DNA of 64,000 bases from a bacterium (GTDB lineage Bacteria > Babelota > Babeliae > Babelales > RVW-14), in contig JBDRBF010000008.1 in the NCBI GenBank assembly GCA_043822925.1, positions 14,302 through 78,301 of the forward strand, given 5' to 3'. Under the pieces are notes generated by a model. It searched no databases. It saw only the letters and a program-made list of their open reading frames with translations, and was not told the DNA's origin. Made by a program: the position numbers and the translations under genes. Below, in pieces: positions 28,187-38,433 of this stretch. The first letter of the stretch is position 1. Every line of letters begins with the position of its first letter.

Positions 28187-29377
28187 CTATTCTATAATTT
28201 CGATAACAACACCAGCTCCAATAGTTCTACCACCTTCTCGAATAGCAAATTTCACGTCTTTATCCATTGCAATTTTGCTAACAAGTTCAACAGAAATTTC
28301 TACGTTATCACCAGGCATAACCATTTCACGACCAGCTGGTAGCGTTATAGATCCTGTTACGTCTGTTGTTCTGAAATAAAACTGAGGACGATATCCACTA
28401 AAAAATGGACTATGCCTTCCGCCTTCCTCTTTTTTCAATACAACAATTTGCGCTTTAAATTTAAAATGCGGAGTAACCGACCCTGGAGCCGCAAGAACTT
28501 GTCCTCGTTCAACATCTTCTTTTTTAATACCACGCAACAAAATACCAACGTTATCACCAGGTAAACAATCTTTCATTTCCTTGTTAAACATTTCAATACC
28601 GGTAACCGTCGTTTTTACGGTATCTTTCAATCCAACAATTGCAATTTCATCGCCAACCTTAACAACACCGCGATCAACACGGCCTGTTACTACAGTTCCA
28701 CGGCCAGAAATTGAAAAAACGTCTTCAACTGGCATCAAAAATGGTTTAGCAATATCACGAGGCGGAATTTGTATAAAACTATCAATAGCATCCATTAATC
28801 TCATAATAGACGGAGCACCAAATTCACTTGTATCACCATTCAATGCTTTAAGAGCTGAACCTCTAATAATAGGAGTCTTATCTCCTGGAAAACCATTAGA
28901 CGTTAACAATTCACGAACTTCTTCTTCAACAAGATCGATCATATCTGGATCATCAACCATATCAACTTTGTTCAAGAAAACAACAACTGCTGGAACGTTA
29001 ACTTGTCGAGCCAAAAGAATGTGCTCTCGAGTTTGAGGCATTGGACCATCTGCAGCTGAAACAACAAGAATTGCGCCGTCCATTTGCGCAGCACCAGTGA
29101 TCATGTTTTTAACATAATCAGCGTGGCCTGGACAATCAACGTGCGCATAATGACGCTTATCCGTATTGTATTCAACGTGTGTAACCGCAATAGTAATACC
29201 ACGAGCTTTTTCTTCTGGCGCTTTATCAATCTGATCGAATGATTTAAATTGAGCCCAGCCTTTTTCAGCCAAAACCTTAGTAATAGCTGCCGTCAAAGTT
29301 GTCTTTCCATGATCAACGTGACCAATTGTGCCAACGTTACAATGTTCTTTCGTACGCTCAAATACACCTTTTGCCAT
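28187..29377 (-). CDS. tuf: elongation factor Tu
   Basis: 396 aa; [22 protein letters not shown] GTPase motifs; located between fusA and rpsJ. Confidence 0.98.
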   Translation of the reverse strand: MAKGVFERTKEHCNVGTIGHVDHGKTTLTAAITKVLAEKGWAQFKSFDQIDKAPEEKARGITIAVTHVEYNTDKRHYAHVDCPGHADYVKNMITGAAQMDGAILVVSAADGPMPQTREHILLARQVNVPAVVVFLNKVDMVDDPDMIDLVEEEVRELLTSNGFPGDKTPIIRGSALKALNGDTSEFGAPSIMRLMDAIDSFIQIPPRDIAKPFLMPVEDVFSISGRGTVVTGRVDRGVVKVGDEIAIVGLKDTVKTTVTGIEMFNKEMKDCLPGDNVGILLRGIKKEDVERGQVLAAPGSVTPHFKFKAQIVVLKKEEGGRHSPFFSGYRPQFYFRTTDVTGSITLPAGREMVMPGDNVEISVELVSKIAMDKDVKFAIREGGRTIGAGVVIEIIE

Positions 29378-29430
29378 TCCTTATTCCTTCCAGACTCTAA
29401 CTAATTAGTATATTACTTAACTTATTTTCA

Positions 29431-31497
29431 TCATTTTTTTTTGCTAACAATCTCATCCTGAGTATTCTTAGGTACTTCACGATAGATCTCAAATTGCATA
29501 GAATACGTTGCTCGTCCTTTTGACATGGAACGCAACGACGTTGCATACCCAAACATCTCTCCAAGAGGAACTTCTGCACGTATTACCTGCACCCCTTTTC
29601 TTGTTTCCATTCCTAAAATTCGTCCACGTCGTGAATTTAAATCACCAATAACATCTCCCATGTTTTCTTCAGGCGTCGTTACTTCAACTTTCATGATAGG
29701 CTCCAATAGAACAGAAGACGCCTTTGTTAAACCATCTCGAAACGCTATCGATGCTGCTATTTTAAACGCAAGCTCAGACGAATCAACATCATGATAAGTA
29801 CCATCGTCCACAATCGCTTTTACGTCAACAACAGGATACCCCGCAAGAACGCCTGCATCAGTCGCTTCTCGCACACCTTTTTCAATTCCAGGAATAAATT
29901 CTCGAGGAATCGATCCCCCTTTTATTTTTTCCTCAAACAGGAACCCTTCTCCACGAGCAAGAGGTTCAAGCTGCAACCAGACGTGACCGTACTGACCATG
30001 TCCACCAGACTGCCGAATAAATTTTCCTTCAACTCGAACTGGCTTCTGTATTGTTTCTTTATAAGCAACCTGAGCTTTACCAACAGTTGCCTCAACTTTA
30101 TACTCACGAAACAACCGATCAACGATAATCTCTAAATGCAACTCACCCATTCCTTTGATAATCGTTTGACCTGTTTCATCATCATAAGAATATTTGAAAG
30201 AAGGATCTTCTTGCGCTAATTTACGCAACCCAAGAACCATTTTTTCATAATCACCTTTACCTTTTGGCTCAATAGCAACACTAATAACAGTTTCTGGGCA
30301 AGTGATCGTTTCTAACAATATCGGACTATTTTCAGCCGAGAGAGTATCGCCCGTCGTAACATCTTTGATACCAACAATAGCAATAACATCGCCAGCGCCA
30401 GCTTCTTTTATCTCTTCTCGCTTATTAGAATGCATGCGAAGCAATCGGCTTACACGCTCCTTATTTCCCTTAGTTGCGTTATAAACATATGAGCCACCCT
30501 CAAGAACCCCTGAATAAATTCGCGCAAAAGTCAAAGATCCAACGAAAGGATCAATCATAATCTTAAACGCTAAAGCACAAAAAGGTTCTTTATCATCAGC
30601 TTTACGAACATCTGTAGCCTTTGTCTTCGGATTTATGCCTTCAACTGGAGGAACATCTAATGGTGAAGGTAAGTATTCAACAACACCATCAAGCATTAAT
30701 TGAACGCCTTTATTCTTAAATGCCGCTCCACAAAAGACAGGTGTAACTTCTTGACTTAGCACGCCAGCTCTCAAAGCCAACTTAACTTCTTCTATTGAAA
30801 ACTCTTTTCCGTCTAAATATCTCTCAGCCAACGAATCATCAAAATCACAAGCGCGCTCCACAATAGCTTTATACATTTCTTCCATTTGTGCATGGAACTC
30901 AACTGGAACGTCTTCCCACGTCATAACCTTCGTTTCTTCGTTGAACACAGCCATTTTTCTCGTCAAAACGTCGATAATCGACTTAAAATTTTCAGACTCC
31001 CCAACAGGAATTTGCATTGCCAGAGGACTACCCTGTAATTTTTCATCAATCTCTTTAACGACAGAAAAATAATCGCCGCCGATACGATCAAGCTTATTAA
31101 CAAAAGCAATACGAGGAACCTTGTGTTTATCAGCTTGCCTCCAAACTGTTTCAGACTGAGGCTCTACGCCACTAACGCCACAAAAAACCACCACAGCTCC
31201 GTCAAGCACTCGCAATGATCGTTCAACTTCTATTGTAAAATCAACGTGACCAGGCGTATCAATAATATTGATTTGATGATCTTTCCAGTAACAGGTCGTC
31301 GCGGCCGCTGTAATAGTAATACCGCGCTCTCGCTCCTGCTCCATCCAGTCCATAATCGCTTCACCCTCATGAACCTCACCTATTTTATGAGTCTCACCAG
31401 TGTAAAACAGAACGCGCTCGCTAACTGTTGTCTTACCAGCGTCTATATGAGCAATGATTCCAATATTTCTATACTTATCTAAATTCTTACTAGCCAT
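29431..31497 (-). CDS. fusA: elongation factor G
   Basis: Start placed at [24 protein letters not shown]; [12 protein letters not shown] motifs. Confidence 0.97.
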   Translation of the reverse strand: MASKNLDKYRNIGIIAHIDAGKTTVSERVLFYTGETHKIGEVHEGEAIMDWMEQERERGITITAAATTCYWKDHQINIIDTPGHVDFTIEVERSLRVLDGAVVVFCGVSGVEPQSETVWRQADKHKVPRIAFVNKLDRIGGDYFSVVKEIDEKLQGSPLAMQIPVGESENFKSIIDVLTRKMAVFNEETKVMTWEDVPVEFHAQMEEMYKAIVERACDFDDSLAERYLDGKEFSIEEVKLALRAGVLSQEVTPVFCGAAFKNKGVQLMLDGVVEYLPSPLDVPPVEGINPKTKATDVRKADDKEPFCALAFKIMIDPFVGSLTFARIYSGVLEGGSYVYNATKGNKERVSRLLRMHSNKREEIKEAGAGDVIAIVGIKDVTTGDTLSAENSPILLETITCPETVISVAIEPKGKGDYEKMVLGLRKLAQEDPSFKYSYDDETGQTIIKGMGELHLEIIVDRLFREYKVEATVGKAQVAYKETIQKPVRVEGKFIRQSGGHGQYGHVWLQLEPLARGEGFLFEEKIKGGSIPREFIPGIEKGVREATDAGVLAGYPVVDVKAIVDDGTYHDVDSSELAFKIAASIAFRDGLTKASSVLLEPIMKVEVTTPEENMGDVIGDLNSRRGRILGMETRKGVQVIRAEVPLGEMFGYATSLRSMSKGRATYSMQFEIYREVPKNTQDEIVSKKK

Positions 31498-31508
31498 GTC
31501 TATTCCTA

Positions 31509-31988
31509 TTACCAAGCATAATGAGAGAAAGCTCTGTTCGCTTCAGCCATTCTATGAACATCCAACTTCTTCTTTATCGCATTTCCATTGCCTTCTGCAG
31601 CTTCAAGAAGCTCATACGCAAGGCGCTCACCCATCGTTTTATTTGAACGACCAGAAGCAGCATCTAGAATCCATCGGAAGGCCAACGTAGTCGCACGACT
31701 AGATCTCAGCTCAACAGGAACTTGATAAACACCACCACCAACACGGCGTGACTTTACTTCAACATAAGGTTTTACCGAATTAATCGCCTTTTCAAACAAA
31801 GCGAAACTCTTTTTTTCATCGCCAATTTTTTTAACAATTATATCAAAGGCATCGTACACAATAGTACGCGCTATATTTTTCTTACCATCTTTCATCACAA
31901 TATTGATAAATTTCTGGACAACGTAAGAGTTAAACCGAGGATCCACCCCTATCTCTCTCACAAAACCAGCTTTTTTACGCCTTGGCAT
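31509..31988 (-). CDS. rpsG: 30S ribosomal protein S7
   Basis: Start placed at the conserved [12 protein letters not shown]..., with an AAGGGAGA RBS inside the end of rpsL. The ORF-track frame starts 66 nt further upstream, which I consider an artefact. 14-nt overlap with rpsL. Confidence 0.93.
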   Translation of the reverse strand: MPRRKKAGFVREIGVDPRFNSYVVQKFINIVMKDGKKNIARTIVYDAFDIIVKKIGDEKKSFALFEKAINSVKPYVEVKSRRVGGGVYQVPVELRSSRATTLAFRWILDAASGRSNKTMGERLAYELLEAAEGNGNAIKKKLDVHRMAEANRAFSHYAW

Positions 31989-32370
31989 TAGGAGTATCTC
32001 CCTTCTTACGTTTAGCACCATACAAAGAACGACTTTGATTACGCTTCTCAACACCAGCCGAGTCTAAAGTTCCTCGAACAATGTGATATCGCACTCCTGG
32101 CAAATCTTTTACTTTTCCACCACGAACAAGCACAACTGAGTGCTCTTGCAAGTTATGGCCTTCCCCAGGAATATACGCGGTTACTTCTTTCCCTGTTGTC
32201 AATTTCACACGAGCAACTTTACGCAATGCAGAGTTTGGTTTTTTAGGTGTTTGCGTATATACACGAATACAAACACCGCGCTTTTGTGGACACTCCACTA
32301 ACGCAGGCGATTTCGAAAACTCTCGAGTTTTCCGACGCTTACTTCGAACAAGCTGATTAATCGTTGGCAT
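31975..32370 (-). CDS. rpsL: 30S ribosomal protein S12
   Basis: 131 aa; [13 protein letters not shown]...[14 protein letters not shown] uS12 signature. Confidence 0.97.
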   Translation of the reverse strand: MPTINQLVRSKRRKTREFSKSPALVECPQKRGVCIRVYTQTPKKPNSALRKVARVKLTTGKEVTAYIPGEGHNLQEHSVVLVRGGKVKDLPGVRYHIVRGTLDSAGVEKRNQSRSLYGAKRKKGDTPNAKA

Positions 32371-32847
32371 ATCTTACAACCTTACACGTAATATGTAATA
32401 TAAAAAAAATACTACAAAAAAATTCTGTTAGTCCTATTGAACACTCTTTTTACCTATAAATTCTCATATTTGTAGAAAATATAGAAGAAACTTTTAGTTC
32501 TTAGCGCTATTTTTAGATACTTTATTGCTACAACTCACAGTACTCAAAAAATATTCTAGCCTTAATTTTATATTTTTTCTCAATTTTTTCAAGCAAATAT
32601 TGAGCTCATTTACTCGTAAAGCATACTATGCTATACAACAACCGTTACAATATTGCAATTGTTGCAAATCGAATTTAGTTCACATCTGCTTACATACAGT
32701 TTATGCTTAAAGACACTCATTTGATGATCTTCTTTGATAAACAGTAGGATTATTTCGACAAATAAAGTACTCTAAAATCATGTATTAATAAGTTTGTTTT
32801 TTTAAACTTTGAATATTTTAAATATTTTTGAAAATAAGGATAGAAAT

Positions 32848-34014
32848 ATGTCACTAAATACCATTCTCCCATTTATTTCATCAAAAATTCTTCCTCTTAT
32901 TTTTTCTATTATAGGCTTTGGACTTCTCATTCTAGTCCATGAACTAGGACATTTCTTTTTTTGCAAAGCATTTAGTATACACACCCCAACGTTTTCCATC
33001 GGATTTGGATCAAAAATCATTGAAAGAAAAATTGGGGCAACAAATTTTAGAATATCTGCTATCCCCCTTGGTGGATATGTAGAAATAGCAGGACTCTCCG
33101 AAATAGGCCAAGGCGAACAAGAATCGGCACAAATAACAGGCGAGAACTCTTTCAATGAAAAACCTTTCTGGCAAAAATTTCTTGTTTTAAGTGGTGGAAT
33201 ACTTTTTAACCTTATATTTGCCTATTTTGTATTTTGCTGTGTATTCATTGTTGGAGAACCAAACAAGAAACAAATAATAACAATTGCACACATCGTTAAA
33301 GGCTCCCCTGCCGAAAAAGCAGGCCTAAAAGAAAAAGACGAAGTTTTACGAATTCAAGACGTCTCTCTCATCCCTGATTCAGAAAAAACCATAACGACAT
33401 CATCAGCGCAAGCAACTTTTTTACAAATAATACGCGACAACCCCACTAAACCAATCAATCTAATAATTCTCAGAGAAAACAAAGAAATCAAAATATCTGT
33501 TGTACCAGAATCAACACAAGAAAATAACCTCACCGTTGGCAAAATAGGCGTTTTTCCGGTTATTCCAATGCCTCGCCTATCGATCTTTCAAGCAGCAACT
33601 CAAAGCTTTTGGACAACCCTTGACTGGATAACAAAAATCACCGACGGTATAAAACACATGTTCCAATCAAAAAGCTTAGAAGGTGCTGGAGGCCCAGTAC
33701 GCATCTTTGAACAAGGATTCAGATTCGCTCAAAACGGCATAATAGCTTTTCTACTTTTTTTGGCCATAATAAGCGTCAGTTTGGCTGTTTTTAATCTCCT
33801 CCCTCTTGGCATCACAGATGGCGGGCAATTACTATTAACAACAATAGAAGCTATTATAAGACGACCAATCCCTGAATACATAAGACTCGCAATCAACGTG
33901 ATCTCATTAATCCTATTTGCATTCTTATTTATATACTTGACGTATAAAGACACTGTACAAATCTTCGGCAAGACTTTTATGAATATTTACAAAAAAATCA
34001 TTCATTTATTTTAA
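32848..34014 (+). CDS. rseP: RseP-type site-2 zinc metalloprotease (M50) with one PDZ domain
   Basis: ATG at 32848 preceded by AAGGA; HELGHFFFC (HExxH), a PDZ-like middle region (GSPAEKAGLKEKDEVLRI), NLLPLGITDGGQ. Confidence 0.9.
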   Translation: MSLNTILPFISSKILPLIFSIIGFGLLILVHELGHFFFCKAFSIHTPTFSIGFGSKIIERKIGATNFRISAIPLGGYVEIAGLSEIGQGEQESAQITGENSFNEKPFWQKFLVLSGGILFNLIFAYFVFCCVFIVGEPNKKQIITIAHIVKGSPAEKAGLKEKDEVLRIQDVSLIPDSEKTITTSSAQATFLQIIRDNPTKPINLIILRENKEIKISVVPESTQENNLTVGKIGVFPVIPMPRLSIFQAATQSFWTTLDWITKITDGIKHMFQSKSLEGAGGPVRIFEQGFRFAQNGIIAFLLFLAIISVSLAVFNLLPLGITDGGQLLLTTIEAIIRRPIPEYIRLAINVISLILFAFLFIYLTYKDTVQIFGKTFMNIYKKIIHLF

Positions 34015-34056
34015 AATAATTCAAGCTGCTTATTTGAACCTTATCGGCTGGGATGA

Positions 34057-34911
34057 TTAAATTACGTCCCAGTCATGAGGATTCTGAATAAAATGCTCAA
34101 CGACACACCGATTAAAATTATGACCAGTCTTACTCGCCTTTACATGACCAGCAAGAGCATGCCCAAGCAATCCCAAATCTCCAATTAAATCAAGTACTTT
34201 ATGCCGTATACACTCATCCGGAAACCGTGGATCATTTATAAACTCATGCTCTCCAATCACTACCGTATTGCCAAGCGACGACCCCTGAGCCAGTCCATGT
34301 TTTTTCATGAACGGCAACTGATCTAAAAACCCAAACGTTCGAGCAGGCGCAATTTCTTGAATAAAACAATCATGCGTCACACAAGCACTAAAAAAATTTT
34401 TACCCACTAATGGATGTGTAAAATCTGATTCATAATCGATATATAAATTTTTGTCATTATTACAGGCAGAGCTCACTGAAATCTTACGCCCCTGGTCGTC
34501 GTTAAAAATAAGCTCTTTTTTTGGCGTAAGATATTTTTTAGCCCCAATTTGATCTTCAAACCCACAATCCAAAATTTCCTGAACAAACGGTAAAGCACTG
34601 CCATCTCCAATAGGAATCTCCGCCCCCTGCACATCAATCGCAACATTATCTACGCCCAACATTATAAGCGCAGCGAGTAAATGCTCTGTCGTACTCAACA
34701 CCCAACTTTTTTGCCGCACAACCGTTGCATGCATCGTTTTTTCCGGAATTATACGTCCAACATGTATAGGCTCATCCGGAAACTGAGCATTATAAAACAC
34801 AATCCCATGATCAACAGAAGCAGCTCTTAAAACAATAGCTGTAGCCTTACCCGAATGGACCCCTATACCAAAAAGCATGATATTCTTTTTAATCGTCTTT
34901 TGCATGATCAC
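34057..34911 (-). CDS. lpxC: UDP-3-O-acyl-N-acetylglucosamine deacetylase
   Basis: 284 aa; GIGVHSG, TTEHLLAAL, RHKVLDLIGDLGLLG, KTGHNFN patterns of LpxC. Confidence 0.9.
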   Translation of the reverse strand: MIMQKTIKKNIMLFGIGVHSGKATAIVLRAASVDHGIVFYNAQFPDEPIHVGRIIPEKTMHATVVRQKSWVLSTTEHLLAALIMLGVDNVAIDVQGAEIPIGDGSALPFVQEILDCGFEDQIGAKKYLTPKKELIFNDDQGRKISVSSACNNDKNLYIDYESDFTHPLVGKNFFSACVTHDCFIQEIAPARTFGFLDQLPFMKKHGLAQGSSLGNTVVIGEHEFINDPRFPDECIRHKVLDLIGDLGLLGHALAGHVKASKTGHNFNRCVVEHFIQNPHDWDVI

Positions 34912-34923
34912 TATGCATCTTTC

Positions 34924-34962
34924 AAAAGTAAAAAGGGCAACGCTGCTTGCACAGCGTTGCCC
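34924..34962 (-). terminator. intrinsic terminator after rplM
   Basis: Perfect 11-bp GC-rich stem gggcaacgctg / cagcgttgccc with a 6-nt loop, followed on the minus strand by TTTTTACTTTT. Confidence 0.85.
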
Positions 34963-34988
34963 AGATATTTCTTACGCTATAAATATTA

Positions 34989-35408
34989 CTAAACTTGAGC
35001 TTGATGAGGATGCTCGTTGCCAGCATAAACTTTCAGCTTTTTGATAATTTTATGCCCCATTTTTGTTCGAGGAAGCATGCCTTTAACCGCATGTTCAATC
35101 AAACGAGCCGGATCTTTAGCAAATACTTCACGAGCTGTACGTTCTTTCAAACCACCTCTCCACCCGGAATAAGACTTATAAATCTTATTATCAAACTTGC
35201 TACCAGATAATGCAATTTTATCACAGTTAACAACAACAACATAATCACCAGAATCCGTTTGAGGTGTAAAACCAGGTTTATCTTTACCACGCAAAATCAT
35301 TGCGATTTGCGTTGCCAAACGACCCAGAATTTGCCCTGAAGCGTCAATCACACGCCATTGAGGATCACGTAGTTCATGTCTCAGTACAAAAGCTTTATTC
35401 ATATCCAT
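34989..35408 (-). CDS. rplM: 50S ribosomal protein L13
   Basis: Start placed at the ATG preceded by GGTGG (MDMNKAFVLRHELRDPQWRVIDASGQILGRLA), uL13 pattern. No rpsI follows. Confidence 0.93.
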   Translation of the reverse strand: MDMNKAFVLRHELRDPQWRVIDASGQILGRLATQIAMILRGKDKPGFTPQTDSGDYVVVVNCDKIALSGSKFDNKIYKSYSGWRGGLKERTAREVFAKDPARLIEHAVKGMLPRTKMGHKIIKKLKVYAGNEHPHQAQV

Positions 35409-35532
35409 AATAATGCCACCGGCTTCTATTTTATTAACCAATAATTAAGTATAAACTTCAAAAATCTAACGAACAGCCATCAGTCTAGAAGAAAAAACTA
35501 CATTGGTCAACACAAACAACAATACTTTTCTT

Positions 35533-37272
35533 TCATGATTCACAGCCATATTTACCATCAATTATCGCTACTACAAACGCTTTAAACAATGGATGAGCCT
35601 TAAGAGGTGATGATAAAAATTCTGGATGGAACTGCGTACCAAGCATAAATGGATGCCCCTTTATCTCTGCAATTTCAATCAAATCTTTATCTTTGAACGT
35701 ACCTGAAAACACAAGGCCTGCCATCTCAAATTGCTCTTTGTATTTATTATTAAATTCATAACGATGTCTATGCCGCTCAAAAACCGTATTTTTTTGATAT
35801 GCCAAATACGCCTGAGTCCCGAGCACCAAACTACACTCATACTCGCCTAAACGCATAGAAGCCCCCTTTTGAACAACTTCTTGCTGCTCGGCTAAAAGCG
35901 ATACAACCGGATAAAGGGTGTTCTTATCAACTTCTGTACTATGCGCACCCTCAAGCTTTAACATAGAACGTGCATATTCAATTAACAAAACCTGTAAACC
36001 CAAGCATAACCCAAAATACGGAATATTATTCTCTCTAGCAAAACGAGCCGCCGCTATTTTGCCTTCAATCCCACGTTTATCAAAGCCACCAGGCACGACA
36101 ATTCCATCAACTTTTTTTATTTTTTGCCATGCCGATTCTTGCTTATCTTGAGCTCCGATATTTTCTTTCTCAAGAGCTTCTGCATCAATTAGCTCAACAT
36201 CTACCATTACACCACACGCATATCCAGCAGACCTCAACGCCTCAATAACGCTAATATATGGGTCATTATTTGTTACATATTTTGCAACAAGCCCGATAGA
36301 TACACATTTTACGCACTGACCAATGCGTCCAATTAATTGTTTCCAGGCTGATAAATCAGACTCGCGCGCCTGGCTCAGCCCAAAATACTCTTGAATGCGG
36401 GCCCCAACCTGCTGCTCATCTAAATCAAGAAAAAGTTTATATATTGGATTAAAAGATAAAACCTGAAAAATTAACGTTTTATGTACTCCACACATAATAG
36501 CCAATTTTTTCGCAGCGTGATCTGGAATAGGCTTAGCCGCACGTAAAAACAAACCATCTGGCATAAGCCCAGCTTCTTTAAGTGCATTAACACTATGTTG
36601 CGTTGGTTTCGTCTTAACTTCACCCGTCCACTCAAGATATGGCACATAACTCAAATGCCCATGAAATATGCTTCGAGGGTCCATTTCCATACGTATTTGA
36701 CGAATCGCTTCCAAAAAAGTCTGCCCCTCCATGTCTCCAACCGTGCCACCAATTTCAAGCAAAACAAAATCAACATCATGCTTTTGAGCAAAGGTGAAAA
36801 ATCTATTTTTTATTGCATCAACAACATGAGGTACAAGCTGAATACATCTGCCTAAAAACTTCCCCTCACGCTCCCCCTCGATAATCTCTTTAAAAATTTG
36901 ACCCGAAGATACAGACGAATCTTTAGTTAACCGAACACCTAGCGTACGCTCATAATGCCCTAAATCCAAGTCTGTCTCGGCCCCATCGCACGTCACAAAT
37001 ACTTCACCATGCTCAAGTGGAGACATTGTTCCCGGATCAACATTAAGATACGGATCCCATTTAACAACCGATACAGAATAACCAGCATTTTGGAGCAAAA
37101 CACCTAACGACGATATCAAAACCCCTTTACCAATAGAAGAACAAACACCACCAGTAATCACAATAAGCTTTGTTTTTCGAATTTTCGATCTTTGTTCTTT
37201 GTACGCATCTATTTCACTATTCTTCAATGCTTCTTGAGTCATATTAGCTACTCCCTTTTTCTTTTTTAACAA
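35533..37272 (-). CDS. pyrG: CTP synthase
   Basis: 579 aa; ITGGVCSSIGKG, glutaminase GLCLGLQ, HRHRYEFN. The N-terminal roughly 25 aa are an extension, so the start is uncertain. Confidence 0.95.
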   Translation of the reverse strand: MLKKKKGVANMTQEALKNSEIDAYKEQRSKIRKTKLIVITGGVCSSIGKGVLISSLGVLLQNAGYSVSVVKWDPYLNVDPGTMSPLEHGEVFVTCDGAETDLDLGHYERTLGVRLTKDSSVSSGQIFKEIIEGEREGKFLGRCIQLVPHVVDAIKNRFFTFAQKHDVDFVLLEIGGTVGDMEGQTFLEAIRQIRMEMDPRSIFHGHLSYVPYLEWTGEVKTKPTQHSVNALKEAGLMPDGLFLRAAKPIPDHAAKKLAIMCGVHKTLIFQVLSFNPIYKLFLDLDEQQVGARIQEYFGLSQARESDLSAWKQLIGRIGQCVKCVSIGLVAKYVTNNDPYISVIEALRSAGYACGVMVDVELIDAEALEKENIGAQDKQESAWQKIKKVDGIVVPGGFDKRGIEGKIAAARFARENNIPYFGLCLGLQVLLIEYARSMLKLEGAHSTEVDKNTLYPVVSLLAEQQEVVQKGASMRLGEYECSLVLGTQAYLAYQKNTVFERHRHRYEFNNKYKEQFEMAGLVFSGTFKDKDLIEIAEIKGHPFMLGTQFHPEFLSSPLKAHPLFKAFVVAIIDGKYGCES

Positions 37273-37446
37273 GCAAAAACGTCACTCGGTTTCTGTTTCA
37301 TTTTGCAATTATAAACAAGCAGTTTAACAAAATAATAAAAAAAGTTGATAATAAAACACATTTATTTAAACTAACCCTACAAATTAAATCGCTATTAAAT
37401 CGTTACAACAATATTTTAATTAACTTATTAACAAAAAGGACACACC

Positions 37447-38421
37447 GTGCTGCATAATCCAAATAAAACTTACCACGCTCTTGGTATAACTTTAATCATA
37501 CTTACAACGATGTGTACAACGATGTGTAGCAAAACATACACAACAGAAACAACGCAAACAAACGTACTCCAAGATCAAACCAATCATCAAATCCAAGAAA
37601 ACACTACACTCGATACGCAACAAACCATAAAGCTCATCAATAAAATAGTCACACAATTCAAAGCGGTCTCCGAGTCTCTCATAAAAAAAATAAAGGCAGC
37701 AAACATCGAACAACAAAACTATTCAAATGAAGACTTAGAAAAATTAATCGAAGAGACACTCAATATCGCCTCTTTCCAGGATTCGGCCGAAACACCAGAC
37801 ATTGCAAACCTTAAAAACATCCATACCGCTCTTATCAATAACCTCAAGTCCTACAAAGTAACCGGTTATTCTTTTGCTATAGTTCCTAATCTTGCTTTAT
37901 TTTATAATTCACAAAAGCCAGAATTTGTCATCACCTACATGGATCAAAACGGAAACGAAAAAACAAGAGTCTATCAGACCGAGCTTAACTCTATTGGCCT
38001 AAAATACGCAGCTACCGTTAACTTCGACTTCATGTTCTTCGTCAACACTGATGCTGATTTTTATACCACAAATAAAAAAATTATATTTGGAAAAGGAATA
38101 AGCTTTAGCGCCAATTCCCCGCTATTTCTCACCAGCTTGCTCGGTTTAACACCTCGAATACGCTGTGACTTAAGCGAGACCCAACAATCCGCGATTCTTG
38201 AACGAGGAGACTCATTCGACCTCCTTAACGAAATAATAAAGCATTCAAAACGGACGGCTTGGGACAAAACTTACAAAGTCCTAGATTATTTGGAAATCAC
38301 CTATGTTTCATTCGCTAATATGCCTGGTGGCATGTTTATGATTAACATATTACCACCACTTCTCCCACATGGAAACCTTCTAAGTATTGTGACTGGAGGA
38401 TCGTTAACTCCTATAAATTAA
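37447..38421 (+). CDS. hypothetical membrane-anchored or exported protein
   Basis: 324 aa; GTG start with AAGGA 7 nt upstream; hydrophobic N-terminus ALGITLIILTTMCTTMCS followed by a T/Q-rich spacer; no family recognised. Confidence 0.6.
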   Translation: MLHNPNKTYHALGITLIILTTMCTTMCSKTYTTETTQTNVLQDQTNHQIQENTTLDTQQTIKLINKIVTQFKAVSESLIKKIKAANIEQQNYSNEDLEKLIEETLNIASFQDSAETPDIANLKNIHTALINNLKSYKVTGYSFAIVPNLALFYNSQKPEFVITYMDQNGNEKTRVYQTELNSIGLKYAATVNFDFMFFVNTDADFYTTNKKIIFGKGISFSANSPLFLTSLLGLTPRIRCDLSETQQSAILERGDSFDLLNEIIKHSKRTAWDKTYKVLDYLEITYVSFANMPGGMFMINILPPLLPHGNLLSIVTGGSLTPIN

Positions 38422-38433
38422 CAAAATATATTT

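Noticed and set aside
13590-31690. Dozens of 60-150 aa plus-strand ORFs in the track that lie inside the ribosomal-protein, tuf and fusA genes (for example 28581..29036, 29791..30135, 22936..23364).
   Set aside because: All are antisense or out of frame to strongly conserved genes. They have odd, low-complexity compositions, no RBS, and arise because AT-rich antisense strands are poor in stop codons.
32371-32808. Small palindromes (agcata-c-tatgct, caatattg, caattg) and promoter-like hexamers in the 437-nt divergent region between rpsL and rseP.
   Set aside because: The region is AT-rich, where such short palindromes are expected by chance. No -35/-10 pair with proper spacing could be placed confidently.
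32802-33155. 117-aa minus-strand ORF and the TTG-start extension of rseP at 32809.
   Set aside because: The ORF is antisense to the HExxH region of rseP. The ATG at 32848 with its AAGGA RBS gives a normal RseP N-terminus, so the 13-codon extension is unnecessary.
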